Assembly (NCBI GenBank): GCA_947629515.1
Contig: CANRDY010000001.1
Location: 24,948 to 88,947 of the forward strand
Direction of reading: 5' to 3'
DNA from: an uncultured Clostridia bacterium
GTDB taxonomy: Bacteria > Bacillota > Clostridia > Christensenellales > Borkfalkiaceae
Length of the DNA stretch: 64,000 nucleotides
Shown here: piece after piece, positions 1-8,835 of the stretch
How positions within the stretch are numbered: position 1 is the first letter of the stretch
Layout: each line of letters opens with the position of its first letter
Made by a program: the position numbers and the translations under genes
Notes under the pieces: model-generated
The model's input: only the letters and a program-made list of their open reading frames with translations
Database searches by the model: none
What the model was told of the DNA's origin: nothing

Positions 1-258
1 GAGGACATTTGAAATTTTTTCGACGGCGATAAAGTTGACGTCTTTATGGAGCTTTGCCGTTTCGCACACGAATTTGCCCTTTCCGCAACCTATTTCGAGG
101 TGCAGAGGGTTTGTGTTGCCGAAGAGCTTTTCGAAGGGCAGATATTCCCTTTCGAGGGCGGAAAGCGACATATTCTTTTGGGTGATATCCGCCATTGTAA
201 CTATGTCGGAACACGCCGCAAGGCGTTCGTCGAGGCGGGATTTACGGTGCATGCGCAT
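1..258 (-). CDS. trmB: tRNA (guanine46-N7)-methyltransferase, N-terminal 86 codons (CDS continues beyond left edge)
   Basis: Hand translation of minus strand from ATG 258-256: MRMHRKSRLDERLAACSDIVTMADITQKNMSLSALEREYLPFEKLFGNTNPLHLEIGCGKGKFVCETAKLHKDVNFIAVEKISNVL. The MRM(R)HK start and LEIGCGKG SAM motif match Firmicute TrmB. Absent from the ORF track because the frame has no stop inside the window. Confidence 0.75.
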   Translation of the reverse strand, partial: MRMHRKSRLDERLAACSDIVTMADITQKNMSLSALEREYLPFEKLFGNTNPLHLEIGCGKGKFVCETAKLHKDVNFIAVEKISNVL

Positions 259-556
259 ACTTTTTTCTCCTCAACAATTCTACCACACGGCGGGCGTTTT
301 TGCAAACATATACGCGGCTGTTTTGAAAATATGGCGCGGAAGCGTTAACTTTGATATATGCGCGCACGTTTTGGGGAAATTCGCAAAAGAACGGTTCGAA
401 AAAAGTCACGCAAAAAAGTCCAAAAAAATGAGGGCGGACGGTCAAAAAAGTTACAACTTTTTTTTGAGTTTATTTTTGGGTTTTGGGTTTGAAACGCGGG
501 TTTCGGCGTTACCTATATTTGCCGGGTGAAAATAAAAAAATTTCAAGGAGAGAAAG

Positions 557-1099
557 ATGACTTTTGAAGAAATTTGCAATATTTTCGCCTGTTACGGCGC
601 GGATACCGCTTTGCTTGCGCTTTTGACGGTGGCGACGGTACAGCTTCTTAAAAAGACGGTCTTTAAGAACGTTCAAAAAAAGATGCTGACCTTTTTGCCC
701 GTGGCGCTCGGCATTATATTCTATGCCGCCTACGCCGCCGCGGTGCACGCGAGCTTTTACTTCCTCGTTGAGAATTTGACCCTTATTGCCGAAAAGGGCG
801 TAGGTGTGGGCGCGCTTGCGACCGTATACTATGTCGCATACGAGCAGTTTGTACGCGGGGATCTTTCGCTGAGCGGGGCGGAAAACGTAATTGCCGAACT
901 TATAAGCGGATATGTGAACGAGGGAACGGAGCGCGATACGGCAACCGCCGTTGCAAAAGCCGTACAGCGCGACGTGACGGGGAACGGAACCGCCAAGACG
1001 GCTGAAATTATCTCGGGCAATGCGCGCGAAAACGTGTCTGCGCGCGAGATACAGACCCTTTCGAGGGTGATCGTAGAATGTCTTGCGCATATGCGGTGA
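557..1099 (+). CDS. hypothetical membrane protein
   Basis: 180-aa ORF with AAGGAGAGAAAG SD directly upstream of ATG. Hydrophobic helices in the first ~110 aa. GC hairpin terminator follows. Family not recognised. Confidence 0.6.
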   Translation: MTFEEICNIFACYGADTALLALLTVATVQLLKKTVFKNVQKKMLTFLPVALGIIFYAAYAAAVHASFYFLVENLTLIAEKGVGVGALATVYYVAYEQFVRGDLSLSGAENVIAELISGYVNEGTERDTATAVAKAVQRDVTGNGTAKTAEIISGNARENVSAREIQTLSRVIVECLAHMR

Positions 1100-1114
1100 G
1101 CGTCGTAAACATGG

Positions 1115-1148
1115 GCGGGCGCGCAGTTTTTAACTGCGCGCCCGCTTT
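1115..1148 (+). terminator. intrinsic terminator after 557-1099
   Basis: 14-bp perfect stem GCGGGCGCGCAGTT/AACTGCGCGCCCGC, 3-nt loop, then TTT. Confidence 0.7.
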
Positions 1149-1160
1149 GGTGTGTTGCGG

Positions 1161-1467
1161 TGATGATTATTGGGAAGTGCACCCCCTCAGTCCGCTTCGC
1201 GGACAGCTCCCCCTCACAAGTGAAGGGGCGCGAATATTTTTTCCTTATTCCCTCCCCCTTGGTAAGGGGGAGGAATTGAAGGTGGGGGTTGCTTGTACGA
1301 AGTGAGAAAAGTTCGGTTGCCCTTGCAATTACGAAGTGAGAAAGTCCGAAGAAGCAAGTTATGCAAGGAAAGCGAGGAAAACCCGAAGGAGTTTACTATA
1401 AGGTAAATGACTGAGGGTTGCCGCAGCTTGACACAGCAGAACGCCGCTTATTCGGACTTTTCGGTAG
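1161..1467 (+). repeat. composite repeat: C-tip, E, E, F; right end abuts gerC-type stop codon
   Basis: GATTATTGGGAAGTGC (C tip). CCCCCTCAGTCCGCTTCGCGGACAGCTCCCCCTCACAAGTGAAGGGG (E). TCCCTCCCCCTTGGTAAGGGGGAGGA (E). F unit 1292-1467 is near-identical to 7855-8008, 21475-21600 and 28108-28230. Confidence 0.9.
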
Positions 1468-2844
1468 TTACTTGGCGGAGCGGATGGATACGGAATACTC
1501 TACCCCCAATTGGGTGAAAAGGGCGGCGGGGTCGGAAGAATAGTCGGCGGCAAAACGGCGATATAACCTTTCGCGCAGGTTCAATACGTCGCACTCCTCG
1601 CGCGTTATCACCTCTAAAAGCGAGGCAAATCTGTTCTTTATCTCCTCTTCCGCGCCGCGCAGAACTTCGGGGGAAATATCGTCGTCCGAAGCCGTCTCGC
1701 TCGGGTCGACGGGCTTGCGCACGCCCGCTATCTGCGCGCTCGCCTTAAACGAGAGCTTTACCACGGGTCTCCCACCGTCCATTTTTACTTCGACCGCGCC
1801 CGAAGTCTCTTTAAGCCCCAGCGTGTAGTGCCTGCCCCCGGCGTCGCACGGGAGCACGGCAAGGCGTATGTCGTTTTTGAGCACATCGAGGGCGAACGAC
1901 TGTCTGTCGTCGAGTATGCCAGCAAACATTCCGTCCCTGAAGATCGCCGTCTTGCGCGCGGTGAACTCCATGGGCTTTTGCCCGCCGCCGCTTCCGCTTT
2001 GCCCGCCGCCTTGTGAGCCGCTTCCCCCTTGTGAACCGCCGCTTCCGCTTTCGCCCGAATTTTGTGAACCGCCGCTTCCTTCCGATCCCGCACCCGAGCC
2101 GCCCTGCTCCGAGCTTCCGCCGCCGTTTCCACCGCTGCCTCCGCTTCCGCTTTCGCCCGAACTTCCGCCGCTTTGCGGGGGTTTGCTTCCCACATTATCG
2201 CCGTCGCCGCCCTCCGCCGAAGTGCCCTGTTCGCCGAACTCGATATAGGGCATATAGCACGCCCTGCTCTTCGAAAAGTTCATAACGGCTATGTCTTTTA
2301 AGTTTACGCTCGACACGTTAGCCGACTTTTTGAGTTCGTCCGAGAGCACGCGCTGAATGGCGGTTGCGGTGAGGTCTGACGTGCTCGTCTTCATTTCGAG
2401 CATATCCGCGGCGTTGCCCTTGCACATCGCCGTGAGGGCGGTCAGCTCGGAATAGTTCTTTCTGTAAAAACATCCGAGTATTCTGAAAAGCTCCTTGTCT
2501 TTACAGCTCTCGCCTATCAGAATGAGTTTGCAGAACTGGAGCTTGGGATAAAAGCCCGTTTTTGCGTTTATCTCGTTGAGCGCGTCGGCGACCGTTTTGC
2601 CGCTTCCCTGTATCTGCGCGTACTCCACGCTGTCGCCGCTCTGCGAGGGCTTGGGAACGGCGAGCTGGGCGGTGACCTGCACCTCGTCGGGCGTGCTGTC
2701 GACGCCGACGGCGACGATTATCGACGACTTGTTCAGATCGACCAGCCCGAAGTCGTTGGTGAAAAACAGCCCCAAAAGGGCGAGGAGTATTATCCAATAA
2801 AAGACGGGCGAGAACCTCTTTATGTCGAACGAACGCTTAGCCAT
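1468..2844 (-). CDS. spore germination protein, Ger(x)C family, with ~90-aa Gly/Ser-rich insert
   Basis: Track ORF 1468-3090 trimmed to ATG 2844 (MAKRSFDIKRFSPVFYWIILLALLG...). ATGGCTAA start/stop overlap with the upstream B-subunit gene. GerAC-like blocks AKTGFYPKLQFCKLILIGESC and LAVLPCD. Third gene of an A-B-C operon. Confidence 0.8.
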   Translation of the reverse strand: MAKRSFDIKRFSPVFYWIILLALLGLFFTNDFGLVDLNKSSIIVAVGVDSTPDEVQVTAQLAVPKPSQSGDSVEYAQIQGSGKTVADALNEINAKTGFYPKLQFCKLILIGESCKDKELFRILGCFYRKNYSELTALTAMCKGNAADMLEMKTSTSDLTATAIQRVLSDELKKSANVSSVNLKDIAVMNFSKSRACYMPYIEFGEQGTSAEGGDGDNVGSKPPQSGGSSGESGSGGSGGNGGGSSEQGGSGAGSEGSGGSQNSGESGSGGSQGGSGSQGGGQSGSGGGQKPMEFTARKTAIFRDGMFAGILDDRQSFALDVLKNDIRLAVLPCDAGGRHYTLGLKETSGAVEVKMDGGRPVVKLSFKASAQIAGVRKPVDPSETASDDDISPEVLRGAEEEIKNRFASLLEVITREECDVLNLRERLYRRFAADYSSDPAALFTQLGVEYSVSIRSAK

Positions 2845-4258
2845 TCTGCACCCCTCTCTTGCGCATGACCGCGGCTCTCCCGCGTTTTTGCGCGCGCTCC
2901 TTTTGTGAACCGTTACTGCTTTGTGAAGTAACGCTTCCGCTTTTTTGCGAACTTTCGCCTGTGTTTTGTGAAGTAACGCTTCCGTTTTGTGAAGCATTAC
3001 TTCCTCTTTCGATCGAGCTTTCGACTGTGTTTTGTGAAGTAGCACTTCCGCTTTTATATGAACTTTCGCCTGAATTTTGTGAAGCGTCACTTCCGCTTTC
3101 AGAAGAACTTTCGCCCGAAGCCGACCTTTTGCGGGGGGAAGGATCGCCCGACCGAGGCGTTCCCTTTAAAGTTCCGTTTGACATTCCCCTTGGCGTTCCG
3201 TTCGCCCTTTCACGGTTCAACAGCCAGCAGAGCGCGGGGGCGAGGGTGGCGAAAACGAGGGTGACTATGCCCGCCCAATCGGCGAAAAAGGCGGTGATGA
3301 GGGTGAAAAAGTGACTGCAAAGATAGAGTATCAGGGCGAGGACGGCGTTGACGGCAAGCGAATACGCATAAGGCTTTTGCACGCCGACGCACTCGCCGAA
3401 GCAGACGGCGGCGAGCTGTATGTTGAGAACGAGGGCGAAGAGCATTACCGTTTCGAGGACGTACAGAGCGAAGAGGTCTATTCTGCCTATCATATCTATC
3501 GCCGAAAAATAGAGGGCGGTTTTGGAGACGGCGAACTGCCGCGAGGGGGCTATGCCCGCATATATGCCGTAGAAGAGCGACAAGAAGCCCAGAACTGCCG
3601 CGGCGGCTATGGCGTAACTTATAACTATCTTTGCCGCGTCGCCCTTTTTATACTCGAATCTGCCCAAAAACATCAGCATATATGCCGGTTCCGCAAATCT
3701 GAACGCCGTTTTCCACGACCCGCCGAAGAGGGCGGTCGGGGGCGTTTTGAGCATGGGCAACAGGTTCGCAAAGTCTACTTCCGAAAAGGACATAAACAAA
3801 ATGAGTATTCCCGAAAAAAGGAATACGGGGAGCGAAATGTCGGCGCACCTGCCCATGTTTTCGAAGCCCTTTCCGCCCGCGTACACAAGGAAGAAAAAGA
3901 CGGGCAAAAACACGAGGAGCGGCGGCGTGGTGTCGTAAAAAATGGCGTGGACGTACATCTGCTGTTCGAAGAGCGGAACGAGCGCGGTGAACGCGAAAAA
4001 CAGCCCGAAGAGGGCGATGATAACGCGCGCCGCCGTTTTGCCGAAGGTATCCGAAAGCAGTTCGAACAGCGTTTTGTCTGTGCGCGAAGCTAAGAACGCG
4101 ACCGACCACAGCGCGACTCCCTGCACCAGAAAATCTACGCCCGCCGAAAACAGCAGGTCTCTGCCGCTGTATAAGCTGAGCTGAGTGGGGTACAGCAAAA
4201 GTTTGGAAACGATGGTATATATCGCCATTATGAAGCATATCTGCCTAACTTTCAACAT
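2837..4258 (-). CDS. spore germination protein, GerAB-type permease subunit, with Ser-rich repetitive C-terminal tail
   Basis: 473 aa with ~10 hydrophobic helices and a GerAB/spore-permease-like N-terminus. Start overlaps the A-subunit stop by 14 nt. Last ~110 aa are 15-aa repeats (SQN.GESS.KSGS..). Confidence 0.8.
   Translation of the reverse strand: MLKVRQICFIMAIYTIVSKLLLYPTQLSLYSGRDLLFSAGVDFLVQGVALWSVAFLASRTDKTLFELLSDTFGKTAARVIIALFGLFFAFTALVPLFEQQMYVHAIFYDTTPPLLVFLPVFFFLVYAGGKGFENMGRCADISLPVFLFSGILILFMSFSEVDFANLLPMLKTPPTALFGGSWKTAFRFAEPAYMLMFLGRFEYKKGDAAKIVISYAIAAAAVLGFLSLFYGIYAGIAPSRQFAVSKTALYFSAIDMIGRIDLFALYVLETVMLFALVLNIQLAAVCFGECVGVQKPYAYSLAVNAVLALILYLCSHFFTLITAFFADWAGIVTLVFATLAPALCWLLNRERANGTPRGMSNGTLKGTPRSGDPSPRKRSASGESSSESGSDASQNSGESSYKSGSATSQNTVESSIERGSNASQNGSVTSQNTGESSQKSGSVTSQSSNGSQKERAQKRGRAAVMRKRGVQNG
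2900..3120 (-). repeat. in-frame ~45-nt tandem coding repeats (about 4.5 units) forming the GerAB-type tail
   Basis: TTTGTGAAG recurs near 2919, 2964, 2985, 3029 and 3075. Translated as SQNTGESSQKSGSVT-like 15-mers. Confidence 0.8.
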
Positions 4259-5681
4259 TCTTTTTGAGCCTCACTTTTTGCTTGCTTTTTAACACCTCGG
4301 GGCGGTTTTTGAGGGTGTAGAGATTGGCTTTTACCATGCCGTCCTTTAAGTCGCCCGCTATCGCGGGGGCGAAGGGCGCAAGCAGCGGAACGCCATAGGA
4401 CTGTTCGGTGACGAGATAACTTATTAAAAATACGGTAAAGACCGCGACCCCGAACGGACCTATACTGCCCGCTATTATGAGGTATATCCACCTTAAAGTA
4501 GCCGTCGTTTCGACGAGGTCGGGGACGGTATAAAGGCATATTGCCGAAAAGGCAACAATTATTATCGCGGGCGTGGAGATTATTCCCGCCTTTACGGCTG
4601 TATCGCCCAAGACGAGCGCGCCCACTACCGAAAGGGCAAGCCCCACGTACTTGGGCATTCTTATCGAGGCTTCGTTGAGAACTTCGAGCACGAGTAACGT
4701 TAAAAACATTTCGATACTCGGCGAAAGGGGTATTCCCTGCACCGAGCTGGATATTTTAAGCAACAGTCTGAAAGGTATGAGCTGTATCTTGAACAGCTGT
4801 GCCGAGACGTACAGCGCGGGCAGAAATATGCCGATGAGCACGGATATGAAGCGGATAATGCGCAGCGTCGTGGCGCGATAACTGCTTGAATAATAGTCCT
4901 CGCCCGTCTGAAAGTCCTCGACTATCATGTAGGGAACGGTGAGGGCGATGGGCGAGCCGTCGACGAGTATCCCCACTCTTCCCTCGGAGATCTTGGAACA
5001 GAAGATGTCGGGTTTTTCGCTTGTGGCGCACCTTTTGAACACCGAGCGCGGGCGGGAAGATACGAACGCCGATATATACGATGAATCGGGCACGACGTCT
5101 ATCTGCGTGCTCTCGATCTCCTTTTGGAGTATTTCGGGCAGACCCTTTCGGCAAACGCCGTCGATATATACAATGGCGACGGTGGTCTGGGAACGCTTGC
5201 CGCATTTGAGGGTTTTTATCTGCAATTTGTCGCTCTTTATGCGCTTGCGCACAAGCCCCATATTGGTCTTTATTTCCTCGACGAACCCCTCGCGCGGTCC
5301 TTTGACGGCTATCTGCGTGGGCGGCTCGGCAATGGCGCGGGCGGGCGGTTTTTTAAGACCTATTATAAAAAAGTCGCGCTCGCCGCCAACGAACAGCACG
5401 GCGTTGCCGTCGGATATTTCCTCTATGGCGTCGGGTATCGACGAGCAGTCCTTTACCTCGGGGGAAGCCAAAAGCCGCCTTACGGTGTGAATGTCGTCGG
5501 CTTTTTTTACGGTGCGCAGGGGCTTGACTACAAGCTCGCCCAAAAGGGCTTTGTCGGCAATGCCGTCGGCATATATCGCGGCGAATTCCTTGCCGCCCTC
5601 CGAGACGAACTCGAACACGAGCACGTCCTCGGAGACGAGCACGTCCTTTACCGACTTTATTTGCTTTTGAAGTGAATCCAT
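4245..5681 (-). CDS. spore germination protein, GerA (GerAA/KA) family
   Basis: 478 aa. Conserved GerA core EPPTQIAVKGPREGFVEEIKTNMGLVRKRI and TTVAIVYIDG, plus C-terminal membrane block. First gene of the operon. Confidence 0.85.
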   Translation of the reverse strand: MDSLQKQIKSVKDVLVSEDVLVFEFVSEGGKEFAAIYADGIADKALLGELVVKPLRTVKKADDIHTVRRLLASPEVKDCSSIPDAIEEISDGNAVLFVGGERDFFIIGLKKPPARAIAEPPTQIAVKGPREGFVEEIKTNMGLVRKRIKSDKLQIKTLKCGKRSQTTVAIVYIDGVCRKGLPEILQKEIESTQIDVVPDSSYISAFVSSRPRSVFKRCATSEKPDIFCSKISEGRVGILVDGSPIALTVPYMIVEDFQTGEDYYSSSYRATTLRIIRFISVLIGIFLPALYVSAQLFKIQLIPFRLLLKISSSVQGIPLSPSIEMFLTLLVLEVLNEASIRMPKYVGLALSVVGALVLGDTAVKAGIISTPAIIIVAFSAICLYTVPDLVETTATLRWIYLIIAGSIGPFGVAVFTVFLISYLVTEQSYGVPLLAPFAPAIAGDLKDGMVKANLYTLKNRPEVLKSKQKVRLKKNVES

Positions 5682-5777
5682 AAAAATATTATCGGTAACT
5701 TTTTACAAAATATCCATGGGGGGAGGGTTGGGGGGCGGCGGGAGCGCGCACGAGACAATAAACAAGCGGTTTTTTTG

Positions 5778-6050
5778 TTCGCGTTTCAAAGGGCAAGCAC
5801 AGACCACCTTGGGATTATCTCGGTCAATCTGCCGTTTCCCGCAAGCGGGAACCCTCGGCAGAGCGTCGGGCTACGCCCTCGCGCGAACCCGCTTCGCGGG
5901 CTTCTCATAGCGTTCGAAATGACAGTGCCTTATGTTGCGCCGATAATATGCGCGCGGGCGTTCCAACGCCCGCGCGCGAACAGTGCCTTAATGCGCTCCG
6001 ATAATATTTAAAATAGCGGCGGGCGGCAAAATGCCGCCCGCCGCACGCAC
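5778..6050 (+). repeat. composite repeat: C (long variant), I hairpin, duplicated C-tip, I hairpin
   Basis: CGTTTCAAAGGGCAAGCACAGACCAC...GAAATGACAGTGCCTTATGTTGCGCCGATAATAT. Hairpin 5950-5977 GCGCGCGGGCG/CGCCCGCGCGC. Second copy of the C tip at 5980-6012. Hairpin 6016-6044 GCGGCGGGCGGC/GCCGCCCGCCGC. Confidence 0.85.
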
Positions 6051-6060
6051 ACACAACAAC

Positions 6061-6155
6061 TTTTTTGCGTGAGCAAAAAAATTTCACTTGCGCGTAGCGC
6101 AAATTTCACTCGCACGCAGTGCGAATTTCACTTTTGCCGCAAGGCAAAATTACCT
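6061..6155 (-). repeat. A array (inverted orientation): 4 hairpins separated by GTGAAAT; begins 2 nt after the stop of gene 6156-6833
   Basis: Plus strand reads TTTTTTGCgtgaGCAAAAAA ATTTCAC TTGCGCgtaGCGCAA ATTTCAC TCGCACgcaGTGCGA ATTTCAC TTTTGCCgcaaGGCAAAA. Confidence 0.9.
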
Positions 6156-6833
6156 CTACTCCCTTTGCAAGAACGCTTTACAAAAAAGCTCTTCGTTTAC
6201 CTCGCCCGCAAGCACGCTCTGCACGGCTTTTACGCCCAGCTCCACCGCCTCTTCCAATACGCCCGCAAACAGCGAAAAGTCGTATTCGCACCTGTATGTC
6301 TGCCGCTTTGTGCGGTAAAGATAGCGCGTGTAGTCGAAGTGCCGCTTTAAGCACCTCTCCACGCCCGTCAGCGTGACGGTGGGAACGACCTGCTTTATGC
6401 TGTCGTACACCGCCCCCGTACATGCAAGCACCATGTCGCGCGGAAGGATCGTTCTGCGGGTCCTGTAAAATTTGCTTGCGTAAAGCCCCACGTCGCTCTC
6501 GAATTTCTGATGGGCGAAGAGCATGCGCTTACCCTCTTCAAAGGCATATACTATGGGGTGAATCGTGCTGTCGAGCGCGTAGTGCGTTGCCCAGCCCGCA
6601 AGGTAGCACTTGTTGCCCGAGAGCAGTTTTTTGAAGAGTTCGTCGGCTTTTTGCGCGTGCAGCTCCCGCCCCAAATTGGCGCGCGAGAGCTTCATGTTAT
6701 AGGCAAAGAACACGTCGCCCCCCTGCGCGCCGAGAATGTACAGCGCGCGCGAGGTTATCAGCTTTCTCGAATTACCGCCGATCTGCTCGTAAATGCGGTC
6801 GGCGGCTATTGTGTGGGTGAAATAATCGGGCAT
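6156..6833 (-). CDS. zinc-dependent phospholipase C-like family protein
   Basis: 225 aa. MPDYFTHTIAADRIY... N-terminus and GAQGGDVFFAYN block resemble the Firmicute Zn_dep_PLPC-domain hypothetical proteins. Assigned from memory of the family only. Confidence 0.5.
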   Translation of the reverse strand: MPDYFTHTIAADRIYEQIGGNSRKLITSRALYILGAQGGDVFFAYNMKLSRANLGRELHAQKADELFKKLLSGNKCYLAGWATHYALDSTIHPIVYAFEEGKRMLFAHQKFESDVGLYASKFYRTRRTILPRDMVLACTGAVYDSIKQVVPTVTLTGVERCLKRHFDYTRYLYRTKRQTYRCEYDFSLFAGVLEEAVELGVKAVQSVLAGEVNEELFCKAFLQRE

Positions 6834-6834
6834 A

Positions 6835-7659
6835 TTATAAGTTTTGACGTTTTCCGTAAAATAAATACTGCTGGAAGTATCCCGAATTTGCGCCGAAAAG
6901 ATCGGTGAAATATCGGGACATAGCCTTTCTGTCTGTGAGCGAACCGTTGAAATCCTCTTTGTATACCTTTTCGAGCCATACGTCCACGGGGAAGCGATCG
7001 CGCCGCGAAAAGCCGAAAAGGGCTATGCAGTCGGCTACCTTTTCCCCTATTCCCTTATAGGTCAGAAGCTCGCTTGTAAGCTCTGCCGAAGAGAGGTTTT
7101 TGAGCCTTTCGACGCCCTCTCTCTCTATCCTTTGCGCCGTTTCGAAGAGGAACTTGTCGCGATAGCCGCATCCGACGTTTTTGAAAAAATCTGCGCCTTG
7201 TTCCGACAGTGCGCGGGTGGTGGGAAAAGCGTAATATTCGTTCCCCAAAAAACTCTTCCTTTCGCCTAAACCCTCGCATATCCTCGAGATAATGCCCTTT
7301 ATGCGGGGGATATTGTTGTTTTGGGAGATGATGAAAGAGTAGATCATTTCCTCGCAGTTCTGGTTGAGAAGCCTTAGCCCCGAAAAGGCGCGCGCGCTTT
7401 TTGCAAGCAGTTGAAAGCCGCTCTCCTCGGCGGTTTTTACTATTTGCGAGTAGTCGCGGGCGAGGTCGAAAAAGTTGAAAAAATAGTCGGGGTCGTCGCT
7501 TTCGACAACAGTTCTGCAACCGTCCTTATAAAGGTAGCACGCCTTGTCGAGGGAGAACACGATAAAGCCGCTTTTGAAGGGTTCGAAGCGGAATATCTGA
7601 CCGCAGTCGAGGGTGTGCAGAGGATCGAAGAACTTTGAATCGTAGTCAAATTTTTTCAT
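6835..7659 (-). CDS. ogg: 8-oxoguanine DNA glycosylase / DNA-(apurinic site) lyase (OGG, HhH-GPD superfamily)
   Basis: LDCGQIFRF N-terminal motif and HhH-GPD segment YKGIGEKVADCIALFGFSRRDRFPVDVW. Confidence 0.8.
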   Translation of the reverse strand: MKKFDYDSKFFDPLHTLDCGQIFRFEPFKSGFIVFSLDKACYLYKDGCRTVVESDDPDYFFNFFDLARDYSQIVKTAEESGFQLLAKSARAFSGLRLLNQNCEEMIYSFIISQNNNIPRIKGIISRICEGLGERKSFLGNEYYAFPTTRALSEQGADFFKNVGCGYRDKFLFETAQRIEREGVERLKNLSSAELTSELLTYKGIGEKVADCIALFGFSRRDRFPVDVWLEKVYKEDFNGSLTDRKAMSRYFTDLFGANSGYFQQYLFYGKRQNL

Positions 7660-7762
7660 AGGTATGCGCTTTTTTTGTGGGAACGCGCCGCGCCGCTTTG
7701 CGGCGCGGGTTTTAAAAAAATTGTACCATTTGCCGCGGGGTTTGTCAAGTTGATGACGTAAT

Positions 7763-8010
7763 CGAATATTATTTGGAATACACCCCCTCAGTCCGCGTTC
7801 GCGGACAGCTCCCCCTCACAAGTGAAGGGGCGCGAATGGGGAGTTTAGTGTGCTCGGTTGCCCTTGCCCGTACGAAGTGAGAAAGTTCGAAGAAGCAAGT
7901 TATGCAAGGAAAGCGAGGAAAACCCGAAGGAGTTTACATTGTAGTAAATGACTGAGGGTTGCCGCAGCTTGACACAGCAGAACGCCGCTTATTCGGGCTT
8001 TTCGGGAGTT
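7763..8010 (+). repeat. composite repeat: C-tip, E, F
   Basis: CGAATATTATTTGGAATACACCCCCTCAGTCCGCGTTCGCGGACAGCTCCCCCTCACAAGTGAAGGGG, then the F unit, near-identical to 1292-1467. Confidence 0.9.
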
Positions 8011-8034
8011 AATGGCAAAATTGAAATTTTGCCA

Positions 8035-8835
8035 TCACACAATTTTCTCGTACAGGGTTTTGGTCTGCAACAGAGCGCAGAGTTCGTCCTCGGTTATTTC
8101 GTCGAGGAATTTGTCGTCGGACGAGTATATCTGCAACACAAGATAGCGCGAGGCGTCCATGTAACGCAAGGCGTCGCGGAATGTGGCGTCCTCGCTCAAA
8201 ATGACGTACCGCACTTCCCTGCCCCTCTTCTTTTTGCGCGCGGCAAAGTCGATTCGCCTTGCGGGCGGGGGCGGCGAAAACGCCGAACACAGCAACATTA
8301 CCGCCGCCGCCAAAAGACTTAAATTGTGATATACCGTAAAGAAAAGGGCTACTATTACCGCAACCAGCGCAACGTTGACCCCGCGGAGAATGAGGTTTAC
8401 CGTTCGGGGCTTTAAGCACTTCAACAGAGCGCACCGAGCTACCCTGCCGCCGTCGAGGGGATAGGCGGGCAAAAGGTTCAGAACAAGCATACCCGCGTTT
8501 GCGTAGAACAAGAGGTCGGTGTAGGCGTACACCTGCGGCACGAACCACCAAAGCCCCGCAACGGCGACGCATATAAGAAAGTTTACCAAAGGTCCCGACA
8601 GCGCAAGGCGTATTTCGTCGGCGGGGGATATGCCGTCCAGCTCGCACACTGCCGCCGCGCCGTATGGCATAAGCCGCACGCGGGTACATTCGAACCCCAG
8701 CTTTTCGGCGCAAAATATATGACCGCACTCGTGCAGAAGTGCGGTCAACGCGCATATTATGAACACCGTAAATCCGCCGAACAGCGCAGTGAACAGACCG
8801 ACCGCGAGAAAGAGCGGATGTATGGATATTTTCAC
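8035..8835 (-). CDS. spoIVFB: site-2 (M50) intramembrane metalloprotease, SpoIVFB-like
   Basis: HECGH zinc motif in TM helix, NLLPAYPLDGGR motif, C-terminal CBS-like region. Follows a SpoIVFA-like gene with a 4-nt overlap. Confidence 0.8.
   Translation of the reverse strand: MKISIHPLFLAVGLFTALFGGFTVFIICALTALLHECGHIFCAEKLGFECTRVRLMPYGAAAVCELDGISPADEIRLALSGPLVNFLICVAVAGLWWFVPQVYAYTDLLFYANAGMLVLNLLPAYPLDGGRVARCALLKCLKPRTVNLILRGVNVALVAVIVALFFTVYHNLSLLAAAVMLLCSAFSPPPPARRIDFAARKKKRGREVRYVILSEDATFRDALRYMDASRYLVLQIYSSDDKFLDEITEDELCALLQTKTLYEKIV

Noticed and set aside
2845-3090. 82-codon N-terminal extension of the track ORF 1468-3090 (MTLHKIQAKV...LHKTQAKV repeats)
   Set aside because: It is the alternative reading frame of the tandem repeats encoding the GerAB-type tail. 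A start with an ATGGCTAA overlap at 2844 gives a GerC-like N-terminus.
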